DNA of 64,000 nt, from the IMG/VR virus record IMGVR_UViG_3300035093_000027, one strand, 5' to 3'. This document shows, one piece after another, positions 48,197 through 57,145 of the stretch (its first letter is position 1; each line of letters opens with the position of its first letter). The translations under genes were made by a program, and so were the position numbers. The DNA is from an uncultured virus (IMG/VR IMGVR_UViG_3300035093_000027). Taxonomy: Duplodnaviria; Heunggongvirae; Uroviricota; Caudoviricetes. Under the pieces are notes generated by a model that saw nothing but the letters and a program-made list of their open reading frames with translations, had not been told where the DNA came from and ran no database searches.

Positions 48197-48236
48197 GGGC
48201 GAGGACGCGTCGAGCGCCCTCGCCCTTTCTTTTTTT
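48197..48236 (+). terminator. Rho-independent terminator
   Basis: GGGCGAGGaCGC-loop-GCGcCCTCGCCC followed by TTTCTTTTTTT. Confidence 0.8.
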
Positions 48237-48261
48237 CCGGCCTCCCACAGGAAGATCAGCG

Positions 48262-50193
48262 ATGTCACCGATTTCCAACCCCTCGAGCAACTTTGGTGGC
48301 GTCGCCGATCTCTTGCCCGCCGGTCGTCGAGCTCGCCGAGCCAGACGCCGAGCCGGCTACGGCATGGGCCTGAGTGCGGGCATGGTGGCGAACCCGATCC
48401 CCGCTGACGCGTTGCCGGTGACGAGCAATCTGGCGGTGCCGCCGGCAGGCGCATCGACGTTCGTGTACGCGCCCAACGGAGCGACGCCGGGAGCGGCCGC
48501 GTACCGGGTGAGCAACGGGCTGTCGACGCCGGTGACGATCACCGCGATCTTCAACGATCCGAGCGGCGTGTACGCGCGCGTCAACGCGAACGTCGCCGCC
48601 GCCTTCGGTCCGTCGCTGACGGGAGGATTCGGAGAAGTGCTCGCTCCGTTCTCGCAGGGCTCGAGCGTGCGCACGACGAGCGGCTCGCCGGTACGCTCGG
48701 CTAATCCACCGCCGAAGCCCGGCGGGTCGCCCGGGCCGCTCATGAACTACGTCGGCTCAGGCTGGGTGTGGCCCTTGGCCGACTTGTTCCCGACGGAAGG
48801 CGCGTTCGTCTACTACTTGAAGGCGCTCGGCTACGACGCCTCCGGACTGAACGTGCTCTCCGCGGAGAACATGGAGGCGGTGCGCAACTTCCAATCCGAT
48901 CATTATCCGACGCACATCGACGGACTGATCGGCCTCCAGACGATCTCGGCGCTGCACGGTCCCGTGGTGGAACTGCTGCAAGGCGGACTGCCGCGCTACG
49001 TGCCAAAGACGAGCGGCGCGAGTCGCCGCCGATCGAGCGGTGCCACCCGCAACCCGGCCGATCCATGGGACGCCAGCACGTGGGAGTGGCTGCCCGCGAC
49101 GTTCTTCGATGGTCCGCCGACTACGACGACGAGAAGGTGGATCAAGCTGGTCGCAGTGGACACGCCGTCGCCGACTCCTCCGTCTCTTCCTGGTCCGGGG
49201 AAGCCGCCATCGCCTTCGGGATGGTATGGACACGGCGGAGACTACGTCGCGAAGCTGATGAAGAACTTCGGAGCGACGCAGGAGGACGTCATCGCCGTGA
49301 TCCGCACGCGACCGCGTCCCGGAGGTGGCACCGAGATGCAAGCGGCCGTCGTCAGACACCTCCCCAGATCCAGCGGCGCCAGTCGTCGCCGATCGAGCGG
49401 CGCGTCGCGCAACGCGATGCGTGGAGGCGGAGGCAGTTTTGCCGGCGGCGGCGGACTTCGCCAGAGCAACCCCTGCGGCTGCACTGCAAAGGCCGAGAAC
49501 CCCGACGACTGCACGGTCGTGTACGAGAACGGGCAGGCGTTGCTGTGCTGCGGGCCGTCGGCGACGTGCGCGAGGCTGCCGATTCTGAGTCCCCAAGACG
49601 TCGATCTGCTGCTGGCCGAGCTCCCGATCGGGACGTATCGACCGCTCGCGCGTCTGTCACGACGAGCTCGCAAGGCCGTTGAGCGCGCGGCCGCGTATGC
49701 CCATGGCGCAGGCGACGTGCTGTCGGGCCGGCAGCGCAACCAGGTACACCACGGCAACAGCGGAACCGACTTCGGCACCGTCGCACGACGCTCGCAGTTG
49801 CTCGCCGAGTGCGCGGACGTCCTGTCGGGTCGCATGCAGAACCAGGCGCATCACGGCAAGACGGGACATGACTTCGGTACGGTCGAGCGTCGCCGCAGCA
49901 ACCCAGATGCTTCGGTGAACGCGTGCTTCATCGATCTCTCGGCGCTGCGCCTGCACTGCCCCGGATCTCCGCTGCACGGCGTCGTCGTCACGGACGTGGA
50001 AGAGATCGGCCAAACCGGATCCGGCGAGGGCACGGTCGTGATGGCCTCGTACATCGATCCGACGACCGGCGTCGAGACCATCGACGCAGTCGTCGTGATG
50101 GCCGACCAAGGCGTGCCGTGGTGGGAGAGCGACGGCCACTGCTGTGAGTCGTGCGCACTCGGCGAAGGCTGCACCGACTGCGAGGCCGCCTGA
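48262..50193 (+). CDS. Modular NP-punctuated protein with peptidoglycan-binding-like domain and internal repeats
   Basis: AVRNFQSD..IDGLIGLQT; SGASRRRSSGA.RN twice; DVLSGR..NQ.HHG..G.DFGTV twice; Cys-rich end. Confidence 0.65.
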   Translation: MSPISNPSSNFGGVADLLPAGRRARRARRRAGYGMGLSAGMVANPIPADALPVTSNLAVPPAGASTFVYAPNGATPGAAAYRVSNGLSTPVTITAIFNDPSGVYARVNANVAAAFGPSLTGGFGEVLAPFSQGSSVRTTSGSPVRSANPPPKPGGSPGPLMNYVGSGWVWPLADLFPTEGAFVYYLKALGYDASGLNVLSAENMEAVRNFQSDHYPTHIDGLIGLQTISALHGPVVELLQGGLPRYVPKTSGASRRRSSGATRNPADPWDASTWEWLPATFFDGPPTTTTRRWIKLVAVDTPSPTPPSLPGPGKPPSPSGWYGHGGDYVAKLMKNFGATQEDVIAVIRTRPRPGGGTEMQAAVVRHLPRSSGASRRRSSGASRNAMRGGGGSFAGGGGLRQSNPCGCTAKAENPDDCTVVYENGQALLCCGPSATCARLPILSPQDVDLLLAELPIGTYRPLARLSRRARKAVERAAAYAHGAGDVLSGRQRNQVHHGNSGTDFGTVARRSQLLAECADVLSGRMQNQAHHGKTGHDFGTVERRRSNPDASVNACFIDLSALRLHCPGSPLHGVVVTDVEEIGQTGSGEGTVVMASYIDPTTGVETIDAVVVMADQGVPWWESDGHCCESCALGEGCTDCEAA

Positions 50194-51065
50194 TGCTGAA
50201 CCATCCTCCGCTCCCGAGCGCGTTCGACATGGTGATCGTCGCGCCATCGGCGGATCCGTTCCTCCAGCGCTGGTTGCCGCCCGGTCCGCGACGCAACCAG
50301 CCGATCGTCGTGGGCTCGGGCTACTCGCAGGTCCGTGCCCTTCGCGCGATGACGATGCAAACCGGCTACTCCCTGCACTCGGGCGATCAGACCGAGAACC
50401 CGCAGCCGGTCGGAGTGTGGCATCACGTCTCGATCTCTGCGCTCGAAACGTTTCAGCCACCGGGTACCACGATCGACGGGTTGAACCTGGTGGGACTGCC
50501 GGACATCGGCAACCAATCCTCGCTGCTGAAGGCGCGGATCAAGCTCTCCATGGGCAACGCGCGCGCCCGGACCTTCGACTTCGACATCGGCGCAGGCGTT
50601 GAGTTCAAGGTGCGCGCGTACGCGGTGCTCGGCATCGATGCGCTCGTGCCCGACCCGGAAGGCGGCGGCGTTGCACCGGAAGACGTCAGCGCCAACCCTC
50701 GAGCGCTCGCGACGTTCGTGACCACGGCGGTGTACTGCAGCGCGAGCAACAGCACGGAGAAGAACCCGCTCACCTACTCGCAGGTCTTCCTACTCGCCGA
50801 CAACCAGGTGACGATGCCCGTCGTCGCCGGCGCCAGGCAGGTGCAGTTCTTCGCGACCGAGGACACGACGGTCGAGTTCTCGTACGTCTTCGAGAACCCC
50901 ATCGTCGCGTCCAGCGTCTACCCCACCGGACGCGTCATCATCTCGTCGGTGCTGGTCGAGTCCGGGATCCCAAGTCCGATCCTCTTCATCCCCGTCAACG
51001 TGAACGCGTTCACGGTGCCCAACGGATCCGGCCAGCTCAACATCGTCCAGATCCTGAACGCGTGA
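50193..51065 (+). CDS. Beta-rich putative structural protein
   Basis: TGATG coupling; alternating hydrophobic strands. Confidence 0.6.
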   Translation: MLNHPPLPSAFDMVIVAPSADPFLQRWLPPGPRRNQPIVVGSGYSQVRALRAMTMQTGYSLHSGDQTENPQPVGVWHHVSISALETFQPPGTTIDGLNLVGLPDIGNQSSLLKARIKLSMGNARARTFDFDIGAGVEFKVRAYAVLGIDALVPDPEGGGVAPEDVSANPRALATFVTTAVYCSASNSTEKNPLTYSQVFLLADNQVTMPVVAGARQVQFFATEDTTVEFSYVFENPIVASSVYPTGRVIISSVLVESGIPSPILFIPVNVNAFTVPNGSGQLNIVQILNA

Positions 51066-51072
51066 GGTACCC

Positions 51073-51597
51073 ATGGCGCGACACAGCATGAACAAGATGA
51101 ACCGCGCCCTGCTCGACCGAGCATCCGCGAATCCTGCAGCGATCGCCGAAGCTGCGATGGGGTCGGGCGTGCTCCCCGAGCACAACCCGGCACCGATCCA
51201 GAACCCTGGCCCGATCAACTACCCCGGCCTGCCGCCGAAGCCGACGACCCCCGGCAACATTTCAGCGAACCTGCTGTCGGCTGCGCAGCAGACGTGGCTG
51301 AAGCGCCGCGCGCTGTGGTTCGCGTCGGCGCTGCAGCAGATGACGGGCGACTCGATCGACGATCCCGACATCATCGATCGCACAGCCTACCTCGCTGCGG
51401 TGGCGCTGGTCGGCGACGACTACGATCCTCTCACGCAAGGCATTACGCCAGGGTGGACCGACGAGCAGTGGTCGGCGGCGTACAACTACGTCAAGACCTC
51501 GCTCGTGCAGTGGTGGCACACCGCCTACGACGCGACGCCCGCATCCAAGCACCAAGGACACATCGAGATCGACTCGATGAGCTACGGGGTGCGCTGA
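51073..51597 (+). CDS. Hypothetical protein, paralog of 51597-52001
   Basis: LSAAQQTWLKRRA..AYLAAVALVGDD vs LTTSDKAYLANRA..ASMAATGLLGDD. Confidence 0.65.
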   Translation: MARHSMNKMNRALLDRASANPAAIAEAAMGSGVLPEHNPAPIQNPGPINYPGLPPKPTTPGNISANLLSAAQQTWLKRRALWFASALQQMTGDSIDDPDIIDRTAYLAAVALVGDDYDPLTQGITPGWTDEQWSAAYNYVKTSLVQWWHTAYDATPASKHQGHIEIDSMSYGVR

Positions 51598-52001
51598 TGT
51601 ACAAGTCGATGTTCAAGATGGCGTCGCGCCACCCGATCCGCTACGCGCAACTCGCCGCGCTCGGGGCTGTCGCAACTCCGATGCCGACGACACCCGTCGC
51701 GCCGATGCGCTCGGAGGTGCCCAGCCCGCCGCGACGCTCGGGCGCCTACCGAGCGCTGACGACGAGCGACAAGGCGTACCTGGCCAACCGCGCCGAGCGC
51801 ATGCGCAACGTCTACTTCTTCTTCGCCGAGAGCAGCACGTCGCGGCTCAACCCCGATCAGATCGGCTTCATCGCATCGATGGCCGCGACCGGACTGCTCG
51901 GTGACGACGGCGACGCCGGCACGCGGCACGCTCGCAAGTTCGGGCAGGCGATCCAGTACGCGAGCGCCTGGCTGCGCGACCACCAGCTCGGACCGATCTG
52001 A
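51597..52001 (+). CDS. Hypothetical protein, paralog of 51073-51597
   Basis: Shared helical domain, TGATG coupling. Confidence 0.65.
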   Translation: MYKSMFKMASRHPIRYAQLAALGAVATPMPTTPVAPMRSEVPSPPRRSGAYRALTTSDKAYLANRAERMRNVYFFFAESSTSRLNPDQIGFIASMAATGLLGDDGDAGTRHARKFGQAIQYASAWLRDHQLGPI

Positions 52002-52664
52002 ATGCTGCTCACGCTCCACCTGTGCATGCCGTCGGGCGACGGATCGCGCGCGACCTACCAGGACGCGCTCGAGATCGTGCAGGCCGACAACCGCAGGGTG
52101 ATCCGAGCGATGCTCAACCGAGGCGACGACATCCCGGACACCGTCGCCGACTGGAACCTGGGGTACGCGCCCGAGCAGCGTCGCAACGACGCGTACGGCA
52201 ATCCGATGATGGACATCTACGGCATCGCCGCGTGCGTCGAGCGAGGGCTGTTCTCCTGTGGATGCGCCGCCGCGCTCGAGGCCGCGGTGCTTGAGGAGAA
52301 GTACGGCGTGCGCGCCCTCGCGACCTCCGTGCCGCAGGCCGACAACGACTTCCACGCCGTGGTGGTGTCCGAGCTCGGCGTGCACGACCCGGTCGCCAAC
52401 TTCCAGCGCGGCCTGCAGCACCACATCCCGTCGCGTCCCAAGCGACGCGTCAAGCCGCAGTCGTGCGACATCGGGCCGGACGGTCGCGTACACTGTGACG
52501 TGCCCGCGTCGTGCTACATCGACCAGCGCGGCAAGTGGCACTGTCCCGACGTTCCGGGGCTGACCGATCGACGCGAGAAGATCGCGAGCGTGCACCGCTC
52601 GCCAGGCGGACAGCAGTGGGCCCGCATGCAAAACGGCGCCGTGGCGCCGATGAGGCGCCGATGA
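52002..52664 (+). CDS. Transglutaminase-like Cys-His-Asp protein (candidate protease)
   Basis: GLFSCGCAAALEAA (Cys at helix start), FHAVV, VHDP. Confidence 0.5.
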   Translation: MLLTLHLCMPSGDGSRATYQDALEIVQADNRRVIRAMLNRGDDIPDTVADWNLGYAPEQRRNDAYGNPMMDIYGIAACVERGLFSCGCAAALEAAVLEEKYGVRALATSVPQADNDFHAVVVSELGVHDPVANFQRGLQHHIPSRPKRRVKPQSCDIGPDGRVHCDVPASCYIDQRGKWHCPDVPGLTDRREKIASVHRSPGGQQWARMQNGAVAPMRRR

Positions 52665-52711
52665 GCAACTCCATACACGCCGAGGGCGCGAAGCCCAAGA
52701 AGAGGTGAAGC

Positions 52712-53089
52712 ATGCATCCGTCGCTCTTTCCGTTCCTAAATCCGCAAGTGCAGCAACTGATGGTGCCGCGTGGCGCCGCACAGAGCTCGATGGGGGCGTT
52801 CGTGTGCGCTGAGCACACGGAGGACGGGTGCAGAGCATCGAAGTGGGTCAGCACGGGCACAGCCAGTCCTTGTGGACCTGACGGAGAAGTCTGCGGCTCA
52901 TCGTCGCCAGGTGATCCTCCAGTCTGCTGCTACACCGGATCGCCGCAAGTCGCGGCGTACCAAGCTCAACTGCAATCGCTGGCGTACCAAGCCCCGCAGC
53001 GCATGAGAACGAAGCGCCCCATCCTCCGTGCTCAACTCGCCGCGCAGAATCCTCCGGACCCGGAGATCCGCTCCACGAGAAGGCGCTGA
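52712..53089 (+). CDS. Cys-rich hypothetical protein
   Basis: GAGGTG RBS; ends QNPP..RRR. Confidence 0.45.
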   Translation: MHPSLFPFLNPQVQQLMVPRGAAQSSMGAFVCAEHTEDGCRASKWVSTGTASPCGPDGEVCGSSSPGDPPVCCYTGSPQVAAYQAQLQSLAYQAPQRMRTKRPILRAQLAAQNPPDPEIRSTRRR

Positions 53090-53105
53090 AGAAGGCGGCG
53101 ACAGG

Positions 53106-53594
53106 ATGAGCAAGCGACGACGCAACCAAGAAGAGGCGAAGAGCAACAAGGTCGCCTTCATCCTCGGCGCACTCGGAGCGGGCGCAGGTCTCGGCGTGGG
53201 CTACTGGATCGCGACGACCAAGTCTGCGCGCGACGCCGCCGACAAGCTCACGCAGGGATGGCGGATCCCGCAGCCCGACTTTCGCGTGCACGTCCCCGAG
53301 GAGCCGAACGACTTCCAGCGTCTCGACGACGAGATCTGCGACTGCGCCGAGCCGATCTTGGCCGAGGTGGCCGAGGACGCGGACTTCTCGGTCGTCATCG
53401 ACGAGATCCGGCTGTGCGTTGCGCGGCGTCTGTATCCCGACCTCGAGTGGCCGCCGGTGCCCGGCGATCACCCGAGCGTGGCCCAGCTCTGGAGCGAGGT
53501 CGGGTTCATGGTGCGCCGGGCCATCATCACCGACATGGTGTGCGACTCGCCGATCGCACCACCGCATCCGATTCCGATCCCTGAGGCGACATGA
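53106..53594 (+). CDS. Membrane-anchored protein with RRRN leader
   Basis: MSKRRRNQ..+TM. Confidence 0.7.
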   Translation: MSKRRRNQEEAKSNKVAFILGALGAGAGLGVGYWIATTKSARDAADKLTQGWRIPQPDFRVHVPEEPNDFQRLDDEICDCAEPILAEVAEDADFSVVIDEIRLCVARRLYPDLEWPPVPGDHPSVAQLWSEVGFMVRRAIITDMVCDSPIAPPHPIPIPEAT

Positions 53595-54481
53595 GACGAC
53601 GACCACTCCAGCGGAAGCCGAACCCGTCAGGCGCGACGTGGGCCGTGCTCGCGGCCGGCTCCGCTGCGGCCGTGGGTCTCGGCGCCTACGCGTGGAGGCG
53701 ACGCCGGCCCGGCACGATGCCGACCGAGCCGCCCAAGCCCGTCGAGCCCACCTCGACACCGCGCGAGTGGACGTGGCACCGCGCGACCGATCCGGGCTAC
53801 CCGTGGCTCGAGCCCACGCTGCACGTCGAGAACTATCCGACGCCCGGCATGTTCTTCGACGTCGGCGACGACACAGGCGCCTTCGATCCGAGCCAAGGCT
53901 TCGATGCGCTCGTCACTGCACTGCTTGGATCGGCCCTCGTAATGGCGGGCTGGGATCCGCAGCGTGCGATCGCGGTGGCGAAAGCACAGGGCCAGGATCC
54001 GGACGCGCTGCTCGGACGCACGATGCGACGCGACGTCCGACGCGCGCTCATCATGCCGGGCTCGTGGAACGACAAGATGTTCGGGCAGACCAACGCCAAC
54101 TACGCAGGCGGCACCGATCCGGGCAAGGCGTGCACGGGAGGCTCGACCAACGCGCCGTGCAACGACGGGATCCGCGATCCGAACGCGATGCCGGTGCGCT
54201 ACATGATGAACACCGCCGGCCGCGGCCTGAACTGGCTGCCGCGGCACACCGACGTCATGGATGCGATCGCTGCAGGACAGACGCCGGTACGAGGCACGAC
54301 GATCACCGGTGAGCCGTTCGCGGGGGCGCACTCGCACATGCTCCTGTGGATGCCGGCGTTCGACCTGGGGGCGCTGGCGGAGCCGAGCTCGACCGTGCGG
54401 GTGCTGTCGTCCGGCGGCGATCCGCCGCCCGTGGTGACCGATCTCGGCATCGACATGCACGGGGTCAGCCTGGCGGCGTAG
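53591..54481 (+). CDS. NP-motif membrane-anchored protein
   Basis: RKPNP + TM + RRRR. Confidence 0.7.
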   Translation: MRRRPLQRKPNPSGATWAVLAAGSAAAVGLGAYAWRRRRPGTMPTEPPKPVEPTSTPREWTWHRATDPGYPWLEPTLHVENYPTPGMFFDVGDDTGAFDPSQGFDALVTALLGSALVMAGWDPQRAIAVAKAQGQDPDALLGRTMRRDVRRALIMPGSWNDKMFGQTNANYAGGTDPGKACTGGSTNAPCNDGIRDPNAMPVRYMMNTAGRGLNWLPRHTDVMDAIAAGQTPVRGTTITGEPFAGAHSHMLLWMPAFDLGALAEPSSTVRVLSSGGDPPPVVTDLGIDMHGVSLAA

Positions 54482-54490
54482 GATCGGCCG

Positions 54491-54847
54491 ATGGCCGGTC
54501 CACTGATGCTCCTGGGATTTCGTCGTGACGACGACGGCATGTACACGATCGTCGATCCTACCGGCGTCGATCACATGGCCTGCGACGTCCTGAGCGTCGG
54601 TCGGATCGTCACCAAGCTCGTGCAGGATCCGGAGATGCCGCGGGCGAACCCCGAGGCCATCGAGCGCAACCCCGTCGTCGACGTCGCCGCACGCGTCGCT
54701 CGTCGGGTCGCGCCCGAGAAGTCCGCCCTGATGGACATGCTCGAGCCGCTGGCGCACCTCGTGACCAACGAGGTGTCGAAGAAAGTCGCGGCGCGACCCC
54801 GGCGCAACCCGGCAGGACGTCGCCGACGGGCGCAGAATCGCATGTGA
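54491..54847 (+). CDS. Small NP-motif protein
   Basis: RANP, ERNP, RPRRNPAGRRRR. Confidence 0.65.
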   Translation: MAGPLMLLGFRRDDDGMYTIVDPTGVDHMACDVLSVGRIVTKLVQDPEMPRANPEAIERNPVVDVAARVARRVAPEKSALMDMLEPLAHLVTNEVSKKVAARPRRNPAGRRRRAQNRM

Positions 54848-54923
54848 TGGGGGCGCGGGCGGCCCCGCGCGGGGCAAAGGTCGTAGCCCGCGAGCGCCGG
54901 GTGCTCCGGCCTCACCAGCGGAA

Positions 54924-55160
54924 TCAGACGTACACGCGGTAGATGCTCGCCACCGCCCGTGCACCGTCGTCGTTGAGGCTCGACTCCTCGTCGCGCCACA
55001 CAAGCACGCGGCCATCGTCGAGGTCGCCCTCGGTCGCGATCTCCTCGCCGTACACCGAGCGCAGAGACGCAAGCGCCGCGTCGAGGTCGGCGAACTTGTC
55101 GACTTGGCTGGTGTGCGAGTAGCGGACGCGGATCTCGGCGGCGGTCTTCGTCGTGGGCAT
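54924..55160 (-). CDS. Small hypothetical early protein
   Basis: AGGAG RBS; preceded by a variant of the repeated cassette. Confidence 0.7.
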   Translation of the reverse strand: MPTTKTAAEIRVRYSHTSQVDKFADLDAALASLRSVYGEEIATEGDLDDGRVLVWRDEESSLNDDGARAVASIYRVYV

Positions 55161-55169
55161 GATGTCTAC

Positions 55170-55229
55170 TCCTACGTGCGGAATGGTCCGGTCATTCGGC
55201 TCCGCATGCGCTCAACCGCATGCGGAGCT
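55170..55229 (-). promoter_or_regulatory. Variant copy of the operator/promoter cassette with inverted operator pair
   Basis: GCTCCGCATGCG-N6-CGCATGCGGAGC (55199-55228), then GAAT-N17-CGTA on the minus strand. Confidence 0.7.
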
Positions 55230-55385
55230 TCGCGGATCCTCGTTGGCCGACCTCGCATGCCAAGGCTGAGGCGATCCGCGACGACTCGACCACAGGCAGA
55301 ACCGGAGCATGTAGTTCGGCGCGCACGGAAGCGCGCACGGGGCCCGAAGGTGCGGAAGGACTCGGTAGCGGATCGTCATCGGTTG

Positions 55386-55724
55386 TCACCGCTCGATGTC
55401 CATCGGACGCAGCGGCGCAGTGCGTCCTGTCGCGCGTGTCATCGCATTGTGGAAGATGTTGCGTAGTGCGCCGTGAATCTCGTTGAACGTCTCGTTGTCG
55501 ATCCGACCACGCCATCGCGCGGTGAAGTCTTCGATCCGGTGCCGCCACAACAGCGTGAGCACTTCAGCGGCGCAGCGGTGGTCCTTCATCCGCGTCGCGA
55601 CGCCCATGAGGTCGTGATGGATCCGCTCGAACTGCTGCCGCAGGCGTCTGTCGCTGCGCATGACCTCGACCGACGCTGGTCGGGTCTGCAACTCGGGGAT
55701 CGACACTGCCCACTGATCGCTCAC
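55386..55724 (-). CDS. Hypothetical protein
   Basis: ORF downstream of Doc. Confidence 0.5.
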   Translation of the reverse strand: MSDQWAVSIPELQTRPASVEVMRSDRRLRQQFERIHHDLMGVATRMKDHRCAAEVLTLLWRHRIEDFTARWRGRIDNETFNEIHGALRNIFHNAMTRATGRTAPLRPMDIER

Positions 55725-55734
55725 GTGGCCCCAC

Positions 55735-56148
55735 CTACTCGATCTCGTTCCACTCGCCCATCGCGGCGGCGAAGCGTTTGCTCAACACGTCATGGCTCGT
55801 CAGCCCCTGCGCAACGTCGACCATGACATCTTGGAAACCGACGAAGTTATCCAGCATGTCATCGTACCCGTTCAGCGTCAGGAACGTGAGCGCTATGCCA
55901 AGCCCGGTACGCTTGTTGCCATCGACGAAAGCATGAGACGTGGAGATGTAGAAGGCGTAAGCAGCAGCGATCTCAGCAAGCGAACCCAGGAGAAGCTCTC
56001 CATCCCAAGTTGCTTCGACCGCCATCATCGAACCCTCGAGCGCGTTTGGACGAGCGAGGCCATGGGCGCCTCCATACCGTTCGATGGCCTCGTCATGGAC
56101 GACGATCGCTTCAGCGATCGACAGAAATCGGATGTCTTCCTCTCTCAT
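55735..56148 (-). CDS. doc: Death-on-curing (Doc/Fic) family toxin
   Basis: HAFVDGNKRT; H...I..YGG..G.R. Confidence 0.92.
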   Translation of the reverse strand: MREEDIRFLSIAEAIVVHDEAIERYGGAHGLARPNALEGSMMAVEATWDGELLLGSLAEIAAAYAFYISTSHAFVDGNKRTGLGIALTFLTLNGYDDMLDNFVGFQDVMVDVAQGLTSHDVLSKRFAAAMGEWNEIE

Positions 56149-56375
56149 CGATCGGCGAGATCGCGGAAGGTGGAGTCATGCACACGGAAGACCTCGGCAA
56201 GGGCTCTCCGAAAGTCCCGATCCCGTGTGCGCTCGGCAGGCGAACGCACGGCTACTCCGGATGCGAGTTGCTCGAGTTCGACGCTCTTGCCGATCTGCCA
56301 TCCGAGGCTGTTGGCGATCGCCGCGGGGATCATGACCGCGCGTCCGTTGCCGTGCTTGACGATCTTGGCCTTCAT
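56145..56375 (-). CDS. AbrB/MazE-type antitoxin
   Basis: MKAKIVKHGNGRAVMIP; ATGA-coupled to Doc. Confidence 0.88.
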   Translation of the reverse strand: MKAKIVKHGNGRAVMIPAAIANSLGWQIGKSVELEQLASGVAVRSPAERTRDRDFRRALAEVFRVHDSTFRDLADR

Positions 56376-56402
56376 GGTCGACCATGGTCTACCACGGTCG
56401 AC
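56373..56402. promoter_or_regulatory. TA operator: three 10-bp repeats overlapping the antitoxin start
   Basis: CATGGTCGAC CATGGTCTAC CACGGTCGAC, includes perfect palindrome CATGGTCGACCATG. Confidence 0.7.
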
Positions 56403-56581
56403 GCAGAGGATCAACTGCATCGGTACTCGTTGTTGTGGACGACGTAGCGCAAGCGCGGACTGAAAATGGTCTCGCCGTGCGCTCAGAAGACTCGTGATCG
56501 CCTCGAATCCGAGGATCCTCGCGTGTTCGGGCGGACTCGTGACAAACGCGCCGTTTGCTGGTGGGTTCGGGCGCAGCGCCC

Positions 56582-57142
56582 ATGACCCAAGACACCAACC
56601 GCCCACGCCCGCACGTCGTGCCCGATGATCCGCCGCGGAACGAGCGGAAGGCCAAGAACCCGAACTCTGAGACGTGGCGCACCGTCAAGACCGTCGCCCT
56701 GACGACCCTCGTCAGCGCGGCCGTTCTCGGCTCGGCATCATGGGTGTGGAATACGGCGACTCGCCGCGCCACACGAGCGGCGCGTCGTCGGCAGCAGCTC
56801 GAGCAGATCGAGAGCCCATACGCGCAGGCACCCGTCTACGCCGCGGCCGCGCAGCAAGGCTACGGCTGGCCGCAGACCAACATGCGCGACGTCCCCGAGG
56901 CGCTGCGCGACGGTCCGCGGCTGACCAACACGATGCCGCAGGCTGCTCCGCCGCCACAGGTGGTCGTTGCGCCCCCGAGCCCCGAGATCATCGCCGAGAT
57001 CCGCCGACTTGGGCAGCACGTCGACAAGCGCTTCTCGAACGTCGAGCGGCGCTTCGACGCGCTCGAGAACCCCGAGCTCGACGACGACGAGATTGAGGAC
57101 GAGGACGACGACGAGGAGGATGCGCCCCGCAGGCGCAACTGA
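56582..57142 (+). CDS. NP-motif membrane protein with acidic tail
   Basis: RKAKNP + TM; coiled coil; D/E tail. Confidence 0.7.
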   Translation: MTQDTNRPRPHVVPDDPPRNERKAKNPNSETWRTVKTVALTTLVSAAVLGSASWVWNTATRRATRAARRRQQLEQIESPYAQAPVYAAAAQQGYGWPQTNMRDVPEALRDGPRLTNTMPQAAPPPQVVVAPPSPEIIAEIRRLGQHVDKRFSNVERRFDALENPELDDDEIEDEDDDEEDAPRRRN

Positions 57143-57145
57143 TCG

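Noticed and set aside
54853..54870. GCGCGGG-CGGC-CCCGCGC hairpin between convergent genes
   Set aside because: Plausible terminator but no U-tract on either strand; too weak to call
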